Source: Hydrolagus affinis (lineage: Eukaryota). From it: a stretch of 64,000 nt of DNA. Shown piece by piece: positions 38,641 to 50,620 of the stretch (position 1 is its first letter; every line of letters starts with the position of its first letter). The DNA lies in NCBI GenBank assembly GCA_012026655.1, contig JAAILG010000006.1, positions 1 to 64,000 of the forward strand, in the 5' to 3' direction. The notes beneath the pieces were generated by a model. The model did not search any database, was not told the origin of the DNA, and worked only from the letters and a program-made list of their open reading frames with translations. Position numbers and translations under genes: made by a program.

Positions 38641-39317
38641 GAATCACTAAGGAATCAAGGCTCATCAGTCAGGGAAAATATTTTTTTCTGAAACCATCTT
38701 TTGAATATCCTCTCCACTTAACTTTGTTAATGTGCGTAACGTTAACCCGAATAAAGGCACGGTACACATCATTGCACATCTTTCTTTTTTTAACCTATGC
38801 TAAGGTCAAATCTGCCCACGAAACAATTTTCGCATTCGGCCCTGCAGAGTCGCTTGTTGCTTATTCTGCTCTCCATAAAAAAGGATAGTAATAAATGTTT
38901 GTTGCTGCATGGAAACCGAGATAAAAAGGTATAATAAATGATCATCTCTCCTATAAACCAGTACATCTCCTCCAGCTAGAACTGATTTGAGCAATTATAT
39001 GCCTGGTCGTCGGCTTTCAAATTATACTTTTGCTGAGCAGCCTGTGTTAGAGACCCATAAATAGATATGGTATTAAGCTAGCATTAATCAAAGTATGTTT
39101 TATGGATGCTAAGCAATTTCTAACTGCATTCAGCTTGAAACTGGAATACATTGATAATGTGTGAGGTTGCAGATCTATCGATCCTGGCTTAATATTTGGA
39201 TATTAATATTTAGATGGTGTTTTCTTTTATCGGCACAGTCTCTGTGATCTTGTACAGATCATTCTTCCTTTTGATTCTCGCTGAAAATACCCCAAATATG
39301 TCATGTCATTTCAAATC

Positions 39318-39712
39318 ATAACAAAGTCCTTGCAATTTGAGGCAGCTCTTTATCACATGGCCAAAACGCCTCAAAGCGCTTTGTAAGATTTACTGTAAAG
39401 GGTGGTTACTCTGTATTTGTAGGCGTAAATGGCAGCCATTTGCACAAGCCACCATGAATTGAGTGACCAATTTTATCTGAGGGATTGCTGGTGAGAACTC
39501 ACCCAGGTTTTTGTTTCAATTGGTGCTATAGGTCTTTAACATCCACTTGAATAAACAGATGTGACCTCAGGTTAACAGCTAGTCTGAAGGACAGTATTTT
39601 CAGCACTGCACTGGAGCATAGACTGTATAAGTTTGAAATCCTGATGTGGTCTTCAACCTACAATCTATTGACCCAGAGGTCAAATGATTATCAATTGAGC
39701 CAGGTTAACACT
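39318..39712 (-). mobile_element. Near full-length old Deu SINE with tRNA head
   Basis: Tail, gcagccatttgcac, tctttaacatccacttgaa, cagcactgcactggag, ttcaacctacaatct..caattgagcc. Confidence 0.75.
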
Positions 39713-39837
39713 TGAATAGCTGCCGCGTTTCGCCCACAAATATACAGTTAACTTTAAAGTATACTCTGTGAAGCGATTTGAGATGCCTAGAAGATGTGAT
39801 GAGGCGCTTTATCAAATGCATGGATTATTATTATTAA
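39713..39837 (+). mobile_element. SINE 3' half
   Basis: gctgccgcgtttcgcccacaaatatacag...atcaaatgcatggattattattatt. Confidence 0.85.
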
Positions 39838-40074
39838 TAAGCCAGAGTATCTGTAATAGATGTTGAGGCAGGACATTAATGTGATATTCTTTGATTCTTC
39901 CAAATGAATCATGACTGATTGTTGACTTACACAACCGGTATTATTTGGTTAAGGATGTTAAGAGACATTTTTAAAAAAAATATATGGAAAGAGGAGAATT
40001 AGTTTTAAACTATACAGAGATCGGCGATTTAGCAGAATGTATATACTAAAAGACTTGAGTGCGAAGCTCAAGCA

Positions 40075-40560
40075 GTTTGAAACTTTCGGAAGGATGTCGA
40101 GGCATTGGAGAGGGTGCAAAGGTGATTCACTAGGATGGTACCAGGAATGAGAGACTATCAGGAGAGGCTGGAGAAGCTAGGATTATTCTAATTGGAGCAG
40201 AGAAGGTTAAGAGGAACCTTAATAGAAGTTTTAAAAATTCTGAGAGGATTCAATACGGTCAGTAATCTGAGGACACCAATTTAAAATAGTTGTTAAAAGA
40301 AACAGAGCGGAGGTGAGGAGACATTGTTTTCTCACAGTGTGTTATTTGGATCTGGAATGCATGGCCTGAAAGGATGGTGGAAGCCGATTCAATAACAACT
40401 TTTAAGAGAAAAGTAGATAATTATTTGGAGAGGACAAGTTTGCAGGACCACAGTAAGAATGCAGAGGAGTGGACTTGATTTCAACAGCTCTTTTCAAACA
40501 CCAGGCACAGACACGATGGGCCAAATGGCCTCCTTCTGTGCTGTATAATTCTATGATTTC
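40075..40560 (+). mobile_element. CR1 LINE 3' end (pseudogenised ORF2 C-terminus and 3'UTR)
   Basis: FRKDVEALERVQR*FTRMVPGMRDYQERLEKLGLF*LEQRRLRGTLIEVLKILRGFN; terminus gatgggccaaatggcctccttctgtgctgtataattctatgatt. Confidence 0.92.
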
Positions 40561-40619
40561 ATTATTTTCATTTGAAGTAAAGTAGAGTAACATTACACCA
40601 TGCGCTACACCATACACTA

Positions 40620-40808
40620 AATAATAATCATAATAATCCTTGCATTTTGATACAGCAATTTTATATGGCGACCAAATTATTCTTTTTATTTATGGATTAT
40701 TATTAGGCATGTAGAGTAAGGAAACTTGCCCAAGGTTTCTTAATCTTGGAAGTGCTTTGAGACCTTGACGTGACATGAAAGAGCTATATCAAATTCAAGG
40801 ATTATATG
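40620..40808. mobile_element. Rearranged SINE pieces (minus tail, minus middle segment, plus tail)
   Basis: ataatccttgcatttt...gtaaggaaacttgcccaagg, then gaagtgctttgagac...atcaaattcaaggatta. Confidence 0.65.
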
Positions 40809-41358
40809 AAAAAAAATCTTATTGAAAAACACTAGAAGTTGGACTTTGAATATCGAATAAAAGATTTGAGATGAAATGCAGTTTCAAAATTCTGTACTTG
40901 AAGAAGCAAAATTGAGAACGTCATCAAAGGGAGCCCACTTTAAAGATTATGCTATATGGAGATTATAGGAGCAAAGTTATAAGAGTAAAGATCTAAGATT
41001 CTTACCAATAATGCAAATTATTGTTAGTGTTGTTGTTGTTGTATAGAACATATAAAGATTGTAGAACTCTCTATTGGGTTAGAATTCCAGACAGATATAT
41101 AAAGCTGTATTTGGTGATGTCAGCCTTGCAATAGGATTTCCTCATAATAATTGCCTTGCACTACATTCTTTCCCCCGTCTCTCTCTGTCCAGTTTCACTT
41201 AATCGATCAGGCAAACTGCCACTAAGTTCATGAAGAACTTCCCTGAGATTGATCGGGTTGTACTTCAGGAGGGTTCTGTGAGGTCCTCTATTAGTTAAAA
41301 GGTTATTGACCGTACCCGCAAAAAGGTTCAGAGAGATTGACGTGGAGTCATGTATATA

Positions 41359-41758
41359 CATTAAAAGTTTGGTTATCCGGCACCCAATCAACCGGAATGA
41401 TCAACCAACCGGTATCTCCGAATACAATTCACCATTCCAGCAACCGGATCCATACTGTAGCCATCTGGCACACCCGCGGTATGCTCACTTTGCGCATGCG
41501 CACTTATTAAATTTACCGAGTGTGCTGGGATGCTTTTTTACCGATCATGTTACCGAGTGTGCTGGAATGCTTTATTGGTAAGTATCCATACAATATTCTG
41601 TTATTAATTTAGCCTATTATTAATATGATATGTATTAAAATAAGTTAATTTTTTGTGTAGGATTTTCAGCAACTTGAAAATATGCTCGAATATCCAGCAT
41701 ATTTAATTAACCGGCAATGGTCAGGTCCCGAGGGTGCCGGATAACGAAGCTTTTACTG
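41359..41758. mobile_element. Tigger/pogo-type (Tc1-mariner superfamily) MITE, 400 bp
   Basis: Left TIR cattaaaagtttggttatccggcac vs right TIR reverse complement cagtaaaagcttcgttatccggcac (22/25). TA duplications at 41357-41358 and 41759-41760. Confidence 0.9.
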
Positions 41759-42459
41759 TAGTAACCAGTGCACGTCAGCCACATGCAAAACAGTATCAGC
41801 TTTAATAAAATGAAGCTTGACGGGTTGAATGGCTTGTTCTTCAACCTCTTATGCTTATCTTTGGATAGAGATATCACAAGAGCTAAACCAGGATTAGGTG
41901 GCTTTTAGCTGGTATCTCTTGCTAACACTAAGCCAGAGTAGGTGTATGTAATTTCACAAAGTCGGCATAGTTTAATTAGTGGCTGGCTGCCTTTCGTCCG
42001 AGAAGAGAATGCATAATTCCCTTGATTAGTGTCTTTCTGTGTAATGCTTCGACTGAATCAAATGCAGGAGTAATGGTATTCTGTGGAGTGCAGGCAGGAT
42101 TAGAAATCACCGCATTTGGATTTTCTTTTGCCCATTTCTTTTCTTCAGAAAGGTTGAAGGAAACCCAATTTTTAAAAATGTTTTCCCGCGTAAGCCAAAA
42201 ATGCCGCCTGCTGTTAAGTGCGTGCGGAAGGACGGCAGGCGGGGGGAAGGAGCTAAGAGAAAGAGCTAAGAGAACTGCAAAACTGACCATTTCTGAATGA
42301 TTCCCCCAACTTTTTTGTGTTGAAAAACTTCCAGCCAAGCTGTTCATGCTCTATCAACCATTGTAGTGGATGGGCTGTGCAAATCAGACTAAAGTGGGCC
42401 TATTTTTTAAGGGGTTTTAATATATGTTTTGAAGTTGATGATTGTGAGAAATGGAAAAT

Positions 42460-42810
42460 GGTGCTGTTTGTTTTACTTCTGGAACCTGGGTTCAAATCCA
42501 GCTGATGCTGATGGGATGGAAGCTGCCTCTATAGTCTATAACGGTCATACATGTGAAAGGACTTTAGACGGTCTAGTTTGGGCTCAGCAGCAAGTGTAGG
42601 TTTCCAGTGAGAAACTGCCTTTAATATGATTAGAATTTTTAATCTCGTTCACAGAGGCCACAGGACAGCTTGTATGCAAAGTAGAACTTGTGACTTGGTT
42701 GCAATTGGGGTGGGGGTGGGGGGGGGGAGGGGTGCAAGCCACTGTAATCTTGGGGTTAAGGCATGGGCTGGTGTTTGAGTGGAGTATAATTACTTAGATC
42801 TGGCACCTAT
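42460..42810 (+). mobile_element. Highly decayed LF-SINE-like element
   Basis: ttacttctggaacctgggttcaaatccagc (B-box region), atgtgaaag, cagaggccacaggac; similar to 59845-60080. Confidence 0.45.
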
Positions 42811-44757
42811 TGGTGTGGGTGGCTCAAGCGATGAAATGTTACGGTGTTTCCCCAGTTTGTTTCATTTTTCCACATTGATCAGTCTAAAATCCCCTCCACA
42901 TCCCATTTCCGGTGGCATGTAAATAATACTACAAACCTCAAAGGCAAATGTAATTACCCGAAAACACGATAGTGAAAACAATACAAGCCATCCTGCTTTT
43001 AATCTGTTCATCTTGTACAACTGTATGATTTGCTATTGATGCTGCTGGAATATTAAACCTTCATTCAAACTTGGTGCCAGAGGGTTGTGGGATTAAAGTC
43101 TAAAACTAATAAGTGCAGTTGCTTTTTTTTCCCTATACTTTTCAGACTGACTCCTTTTTCTCTCTTCATCAAACGATCCATCCTTCACCATCGTGTTTAA
43201 TAATTCAAAAGCCGCTTGATGATTTTAAGCTTAAGTGCATGGATGTGGGGTTTATTGAAGTGACTTAATTTCTTTACTGGTTTAGCGCTGCTCGGACAAG
43301 GTTTGGTAAGGTTGACAGCACTCAAGAGACTCTTTTTAAAAAAAGTGTGGGGATGGTGAGGGGTTGAGGGGTGGAGGGAGAGAGGGGTTGATCATGGAGA
43401 GATGGAAGTTTATATTAGGTCCTGGATCAAAGAAATAAAGCATAGATGTGTGGGTCTAATTCTGTCTTCATTCAAAGTCTTTGTGGGTGAAATCTGCCCC
43501 CTTACTGTTTAATAATTACAGTAAGAGCATTAGAAAAGAGTTCATTTTAAGATAAATCCTTTCACTTAAACAGTAAGGATTTTTATTTTTGCGTGCCGTG
43601 GTTAATGATGACATGAATCATGTAAAACTCAGCGACTGTCTTATGGTATCAGCAATGCTAAAATAAGACTCACTGTTGATGCCAAAAACATATCCTTGTA
43701 CAATGGGATAAAAAAAATCAGAATTTCTTTACCAATTCCTTGAGTTAACGAGCACATTAAAATAGTCAAGGAACACTGTATATGTTATCCCTCTGTGAAC
43801 CTGTCCCGCTGGACACTGTGGAGAGAAATGGAATGCAATATTTGCGACTTTTTGCAACAAAAATTCTATCGACTCAGGAGAAAAGAGAGAGAGATTTCAT
43901 GATCTGTTATAAAAATGCATTGCAGCTTCAATAGTTGACTGGTGCACCATTATTCCAGATACACTACGAAAGACCTGACTCTGCAACTGTTCAGCATAAT
44001 TGCTTGAGATATAATTTGTATTACAAACATTCAGTCCTGTGATGCCAGTTTCATCTCCTAAACCTGTAACTAATGAGTTTCCCATTCCAAAACAATCCAG
44101 CAGTGCCATTAATTATGAATTGACCAATAATTCATTGCGATTTTTTTTAATATCCAAAAAGCAGCAATAACCAACTGTTAGGCAGCAGCCACAGGGATTA
44201 TAGCAAATGTGAAAATGAACTTCACCGTACAACAGAACACAAAGCGCAGCACTCAGGAGTGTGGGTTTACCAATTGACACATTTGCAAAATAAAATGTAC
44301 AAATAGGATTACATTTTAGTGATAATCTTGACTCAAACCTGCCTGCCAGGTTTTTATCCTGATTTGCTTTTAATCCTTCATCCTCTCTCATTCCAGTCAT
44401 CACCATTACTAATGATTGTTCAGGGTAGGCGCAACAGTGTCTGCTTAAGAGTCCTTCTGGATTATAATGGGGGCAATTTCCTATTCCAGGTTGGCGGGAC
44501 TCGAACATCTGCACTGAATTGCTATACGTATATTAGAAATATTGGTGAGAACTGCAGTGAAAATAAAAGGTTACATGGGCTGGGTTATCAATGTTTTAAA
44601 GCAAATCATAAAGTGATTACGGAAAGGATTGCCAACTCGGTGGATCTCTCGATTAGCAGGCTCGCTTTTCAACTCAGGGTATGGATTCTGTCCAAATTAA
44701 TGAGCTGAAGTTTTTTTCTGTTCATGTAAGGGACCATGTAATTGTAATTATGATACA

Positions 44758-45090
44758 ATAAATAAGAATCCTTGATATTTGATCAATAATATTTGATATA
44801 ACGCTTTATCACGTCTTCTAGGCATGTCTAAGTGCTTCACAGATTGTATCGTAAAATGGACTGACTGTGTGTGTTGTGGTTGAAATGTGGCAGCCAATTG
44901 GGCACAGCAGAGTCCCATAACCAGTTGAGAACTGAAGTGACTAGTTTATTATTATTTATTTTTGAAGGGATTATTAACCCCTAATAACCAGGTCCCCACT
45001 TACTGCTAGGTAAACAGAGGTGTGTGGAGTAAGGAAACTTGCCCAAGGTGTTGCCCTGCCTGAGAATCAATACGAATTCCTCTCACTTGG
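44758..45090 (-). mobile_element. SINE variant with a longer CORE-like segment
   Basis: Family tail and body plus tccccacttactgctaggtaaacagaggtgtgtggagtaaggaaacttgcccaagg. Confidence 0.85.
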
Positions 45091-45923
45091 CCAGTAATTT
45101 TTGATGTGCACGCCGTCTGAGAAAGAAACATTGAAGAGACTTATGTGAATCACCAACCAAGTCCAGGCACAACATTGGAATAAATCTGGAAAATCATAGT
45201 TTTATATGCAAATAGGTAACATCTGGTGAGCAAAAAAAACTCAATGGTTCAACATGATCGGAATAATGATTTCTTTAATCTCTGGGGAACTGTAGGTTAT
45301 GCAGCTAACCTCCCATAATCAATTTGGATATAAAGGATGCTCTTTGATCCTGGCATTAGTCAGAGCAAAGAGATAATGCGATCTTTTTTTCAAAAGAAAA
45401 AAAATACAAACATGCTTGAGTTTTGCAGCGGGTTGAATCAGCATCAGAAACGAATGGCTGATCTATTATCTGGTGTGTGAACATTCTCCATTAAAGCACC
45501 CCAGGACGCTGACCCGCTGTATAAATGCAAGCTGTTGTTGTTGTTGATGATGTTGTCATCATCACTGGGGTCCCTTATAGCAGACTGAGAAGCTTGACTC
45601 AGACCAAGAAACAGACAATAGGAAGTTGATTAAAACTATGTATTCCTCAGAGAGCTACATCGCTCCTTTAATCTATCTCTTTTTAAAATCAGGTGCTGAT
45701 TGACTTGTTCTGTGTTCCTGTCCATTTCAGATATCCTGCATTCCCAGTTTTTCTCATGTCAAACAATGTGACTTACACACTTGATTCATCCGCAGTATTT
45801 TGCGTTTTTGATTCATCTGCAGTTCAGCCCCTGGCTAGTATATTCTGTGCTAAGTTTCTTACAATGTCATTCCATCCTCACTTATTTAGCCTTATTCTTA
45901 GCAAGGCAGCAATTCTGTGAGTA

Positions 45924-45992
45924 ATCCCTGACTGTTCAGCGGCTTGGGACGTCCTCCCGACGTGAAAGTCGCTTTACAAATGTAATTTTGTA
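45924..45992 (+). mobile_element. Short L2 3' terminus
   Basis: ctgactgttcagcggcttgggacgtcctcccgacgtgaaagtcgctttacaaatgtaattttg. Confidence 0.85.
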
Positions 45993-46047
45993 CAGTACTG
46001 TATTGTATTATCCTGGGAGAGCAAAGATCAAGCGTTAAGCCATTGCC

Positions 46048-46378
46048 AAACAACAACAACAACAACAATTTAAACTTATAAAGCACCTTTCACGTCGGGA
46101 GGACGTCCCAAGGCGCTGCACAGGAGGCGTGTTACCCGAGCTGGGAGGGGAGTGTTCAGGAAGGGGTGAAACATGTGGGGGAGGTCGAAAAGTTTGGGGG
46201 TAAACAAAAGGCACGGTCGAAGAGGAAAGTCTTCAAACCGGCCTTGAAAGAGGAAAGGGAGGAAACAAGGCGGAGGGATTGGGGGATGGAATTCCATAGG
46301 GTGGAAGCGGAGAAACTGAAGGCCCGGCCTCTGATGGTGGGGCGGTTCGGGTGGGGGGCTTGGAGCAGGCCAAGTCTT
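46048..46378 (-). mobile_element. Young LINE-2 3' end
   Basis: ORF reads LGLLQAPHPNRPTIRGRAFSFSASTLWNSIPQSLRLVSSLSSFKAGLKTFLFDRAF; (CAA)n tail. Confidence 0.95.
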
Positions 46379-46439
46379 TGTCTGGACACAGCTTCCTGGT
46401 GTGATGCCTTACAATTCAGAATAAAAGCACATGGATACA

Positions 46440-46521
46440 AACATACACCCACATACTTGTACATATACACACACACATACTCGTACATACGCACACACAC
46501 ACACATACATACACACACACA
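46440..46521. repeat. (AC)n/(ACAT)n microsatellite
   Basis: Directly visible. Confidence 0.9.
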
Positions 46522-47499
46522 GAGTTTATAGAGCAAAAGAGCAGAACAAATTAATTCTCTGTTCAACAGCAGTGTCAGGGCTCCAAGTTGACATACAATC
46601 AGACAAGATCAGCTCCATCGTTGACAATGACAAACCCAATAAAATAGCTGGCAGTCTCAAAACTAGAGGGAGAGAATTCTGAAGCAAGAGAAATGACTTT
46701 GATAGGTAACGCACGTTGCTGCTTTCAAATGGCAAAAAAAGGTATGTATCTTCTAAGCTTTTTTTTAGGCATATATAAAATTACAAGTCCTTGTGTCCCA
46801 TTCAGTCCACCCATCAGAATGAGAAGATATGCTTCAATCAAAGACCTTTTTGAAAATTCTTATATTTAGTTGCATTTTATTTCTAAAATTAGTGGATTAA
46901 TAGAATAAAAATACTTGCAGTTGATGCAGTGCCTTTCACATCAGTAGGATGCCTGAAAGCTTTTTACTGGCTTTACTGTAAATGCAGTGACTGTAGTGAA
47001 TGTGTATTTTCTTGGTAATGAAATTACACAGCAAAAGGAGGTCATTTGGGCTGTAAAGTGTTGTGTGACAGCAATTGGTGACTTTTTCCAACTAACATTA
47101 GAAAAATGTTAATTAGAAAATGCGGGTATTTATTGTGGGCAATTAATAAACTCACAGTGAAAAATGTGTTAACTTCTGGAAGGAGCACCTAGTTGTTTTG
47201 CAATGACATTAATTTCTTTTCTAATTAATCTGTGAAGAACTTTCAGGCTTATCTTTAACACAGAAGGTGCTACATAAATATAATTTGCTAAAGCATTGAA
47301 ATCACACAGGAACCTCTCATTTCAAATGGAATTAGGAATCCTGGTTTGAAATTTATTATTTTAGCAAAATATTATTTGGAGTCATTAAAGAGGTATTGAT
47401 TCAAGGCAGATTGGTTCACACTGGAGACACACTTAATAAAAATGTGTTATAGTCAGAGGTGGGTTATAGATGTATATATGGAGTGTATGCAGTATCAGT

Positions 47500-47905
47500 C
47501 TGGGTCAGTTGGTAACACTCACGTCTGTATCAGAAGATTGTGAGTTTCAAGCCTGGATCAGGGCTTTGAACTCATAGTCTAGGCTGTTCAATGTCAGGAG
47601 ACCCCATAGTTTTGGGGGATGGGATGCATTGTCAGAGTTGCTCTCCTTTTGTATGAGATATTAAATCAAGTTCCCATCTCCTCGTACAATAGATGTTAAA
47701 GATCTCATGCCCCAATTTGTAGAATAAAAGGGAGCTTCTCCCAGTGTTCTAGCCAACAATTTTCCAGAAAGAAAATTGTTATTCGGCTGGCACATTTACC
47801 CACAAAATCCAATCACTACATTTTGTACTAAATCATGTCAAATGCTTTGAGATGTCCTCTCAAGAGTGAAATTCGCTCTATCAAATGTAAGCATTATTAT
47901 TAATA
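47500..47905 (+). mobile_element. Near full-length old Deu SINE
   Basis: Head gggtcagttggtaacactc..gagtttcaagcc; Deu-like gatgttaaagatctcatg..ttctcccagtgttctagccaac; tail agcattattatt. Confidence 0.75.
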
Positions 47906-50289
47906 ACTATGTTTGAGAACAACGCTTTGAAAGTATTACCTTTTAGTCAAATGATTGCCTTGCACAAAAGTCAGAATTTAAAATCCGGATATGAAATTGA
48001 TTTTAAAGTAATATTGAAGAAAAGGACAAGAGAACGCTTAAAAAAAAATTAATTTCCTGGAAGGTGCCAACATTTGTTTTAGAAGATGTGGAAAAGCAGT
48101 ACATCCAATGCAAAGGATTATTGTTTTATTTAACAGTGTATTCAAGGCACTTTGTTCCTACAGCAACAGGGAGATTAGTGGAGGTAGGCGTTAAGGTCCA
48201 TTTGGCTACCAGCTGATGTAAAGTATATATGCAAAGAGGCATACTGAGCCAAAGCCTGCGAATTCCGATCAGAATGAAGTCACTACCACTTAGGAAGTTG
48301 CCTGCGCTAACACCTCCTTTGTAACACCTCCTTTTACCCCCAACATCTCCAGCCATTACTGGCATCGCCTCCGCTGCTGTTAAAAGATGCAGTACTGGAA
48401 CGCACTACCTTTACTCGGTCGAGCCAGTCTGTAGCGTATTAGGTTGAAAATAAATTCCAAGTCACACAAAGTTTTTTTTTGCCACTTCAATGATCTGCAA
48501 CCCACACTCTTCTGGCAAAATACACACGGCTTAGAATTCATTTTACTGATGGCTGATCCATCAATAAATACTGCAAAATGAGCTTTGGCAGAGGCAGTCG
48601 TAAACAGAGTGACTGACAAGAGGCATATTAAAGAGAAATCTGGGATTGCGTGCATGGTGAAATGACAAAACTGGTTCTCGAATAAGGCTTTTGGGAGGTT
48701 ATTTATTTAAAAAAAACACAATTTGACTGTGATAGTTTGGATGCTTTTGCTTGAATGACTGTGAAACAATGATTTCCTTCCATGTAAATTGGGTTTGTGT
48801 ATCTGTGGTGGTTGGGAGGAATTGCTGGGATGTCAGTGTTCTAGTAAGTGTTTAGGAGCAGGTCTGGACTTTGGGGCATTTTAACCATTTTAGGCATTTT
48901 AACTCAGCTTAACCATTTGAGATCCATTGCACTTACTAGGAAAACAAACAATCTAGAAATGTAATTCATGTATTTAGAATTGTAATTGTATTTAGAATTT
49001 GACCCGTGAATTAAGATCATGCTAATGGCAGCAGGCCTGTGTACCTACCAAAAAAAAGTTCCAAGTCAGGCAAACTTTCTGTTTTGACCTGGATCTCACT
49101 CTGAGAATCATCCTCCATGCTGCACTTAGAGGCTTAAAACCATTGCATTGGTTTACAGTTTGCAGCAGAACAGTGTTCTGTGCACATCACAAAAATACAG
49201 ATCACATTTCAAAACCATAGCCCGAGCCTTTGGCCCCGGGATGTTAAGTATACTTATATTGTCTTATTTATTTAAACATGCCAACAAATCACATAGCTGG
49301 AAAGTTAAACTAGTTATGTAGATTTTTGCTTTATAGAGTGTATTGGTTTTGGGTTGCGCTCGTCTTTATAAGCTAAATTCAGTTCTAATTTGATGTATTT
49401 ACATTGTGGTGGGCACACACCTCCGGGCATTGGAGTAATGTTATCTCACACAAACTGATGATGAGCATTACAATATTCTCCTTGTTTAGAATAATCCCCC
49501 CAATTCTCAAACAAGTTATAATAAGAACTTTATATTTTAAAATACGCTCCCTGCACTGTGCTGGAGATATGAATAAAAATTGCGAGTTGAAAACAGTGTT
49601 TATCCCACACATAAGAGGGAGGGAGTCTACAGAAGTTACACCTACAAGCCATGTATTATTCATTCCCTCTCGCTTGTTAGGTAAATTATTGATTCAGCAC
49701 CTGAAGGAAGACTAAAATTGTAAGGCTATCATGTTCTCTGCACTTAATCTGTTGAACTGCAACGCTGGAAGAACACTGCAATAAAGTGTGGCCGGTAGTT
49801 TAAGGGTTAATTAGTCTCCCAGCCCCTCTGCACAACACAAAATATTCTGCGTGTAACTGTGCACTGTGTCAGGAAATGAAACGTTGATTTCACACAGCGC
49901 ACATAATAAATGGAAGGGGGTCAAGGGAGTTAATTAAGCAATAAAATTCATTATCTGCAATTGAATGAAGCGATAAACGTTGCCGACAATAGATAAATGC
50001 CAATGTTGGCGGGGAGGGTGCTCCCGAAACCCAACAGGAAATCCTCCCTCTGCCTCTTCATAAACTTAAGGCTTTCCAGTGGACCTTCAGAAAAATAAAA
50101 AGTGGTTCATTGAGGAATGTTGAGTTATTTAAATGTGTTCACATCTACTCTATTCACATTTGCTACCAGTTGGGAAATGGCCATTGGCCATCAATACCAA
50201 TCCTCTTGAGTATAAATACATAATGTATATGAGTCTATATGATATTAAAGGCAAAGAATAGGCAAATATGGCTGTGATAGTGTTTCATA

Positions 50290-50620
50290 ATAATTTCTTA
50301 TAGTGCCTTTGACATCACTATGGCCATCTCGTAGTGCTTCACCTGATTGCTGCAAAGTGTAGTGACTATGTATTTGTAGGCAAATGCTGCAGCCGAATTG
50401 TGCACTGTCCCACAAACAGCAATGATGTGAATGGTTGATTTTATTTGGGAGATTATTGACTTTAGGGCACCAGGGAGAATCACTTTTCGAGTAGGGCCAT
50501 GGAACATTTTATGTCCAGCTGCAGAGCACTGTCCTGGAACGTCAGCCCAGACTGTGGTGTTCAAAGTCACAACCTTCGGATTCAAAGGCGAGAATGCCAC
50601 TAACTGACGTCAGGCTGACA
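50290..50620 (-). mobile_element. Old Deu SINE
   Basis: gcagccgaattgtgcac..cccacaaacagcaatg..caccagggagaa..acaaccttcggattcaaaggcgagaatgccactaactga. Confidence 0.75.

Noticed and set aside
46076-46682. Cluster of ORFs up to 136 aa
   Set aside because: L2 ORF2 terminus plus an (AC)n microsatellite.
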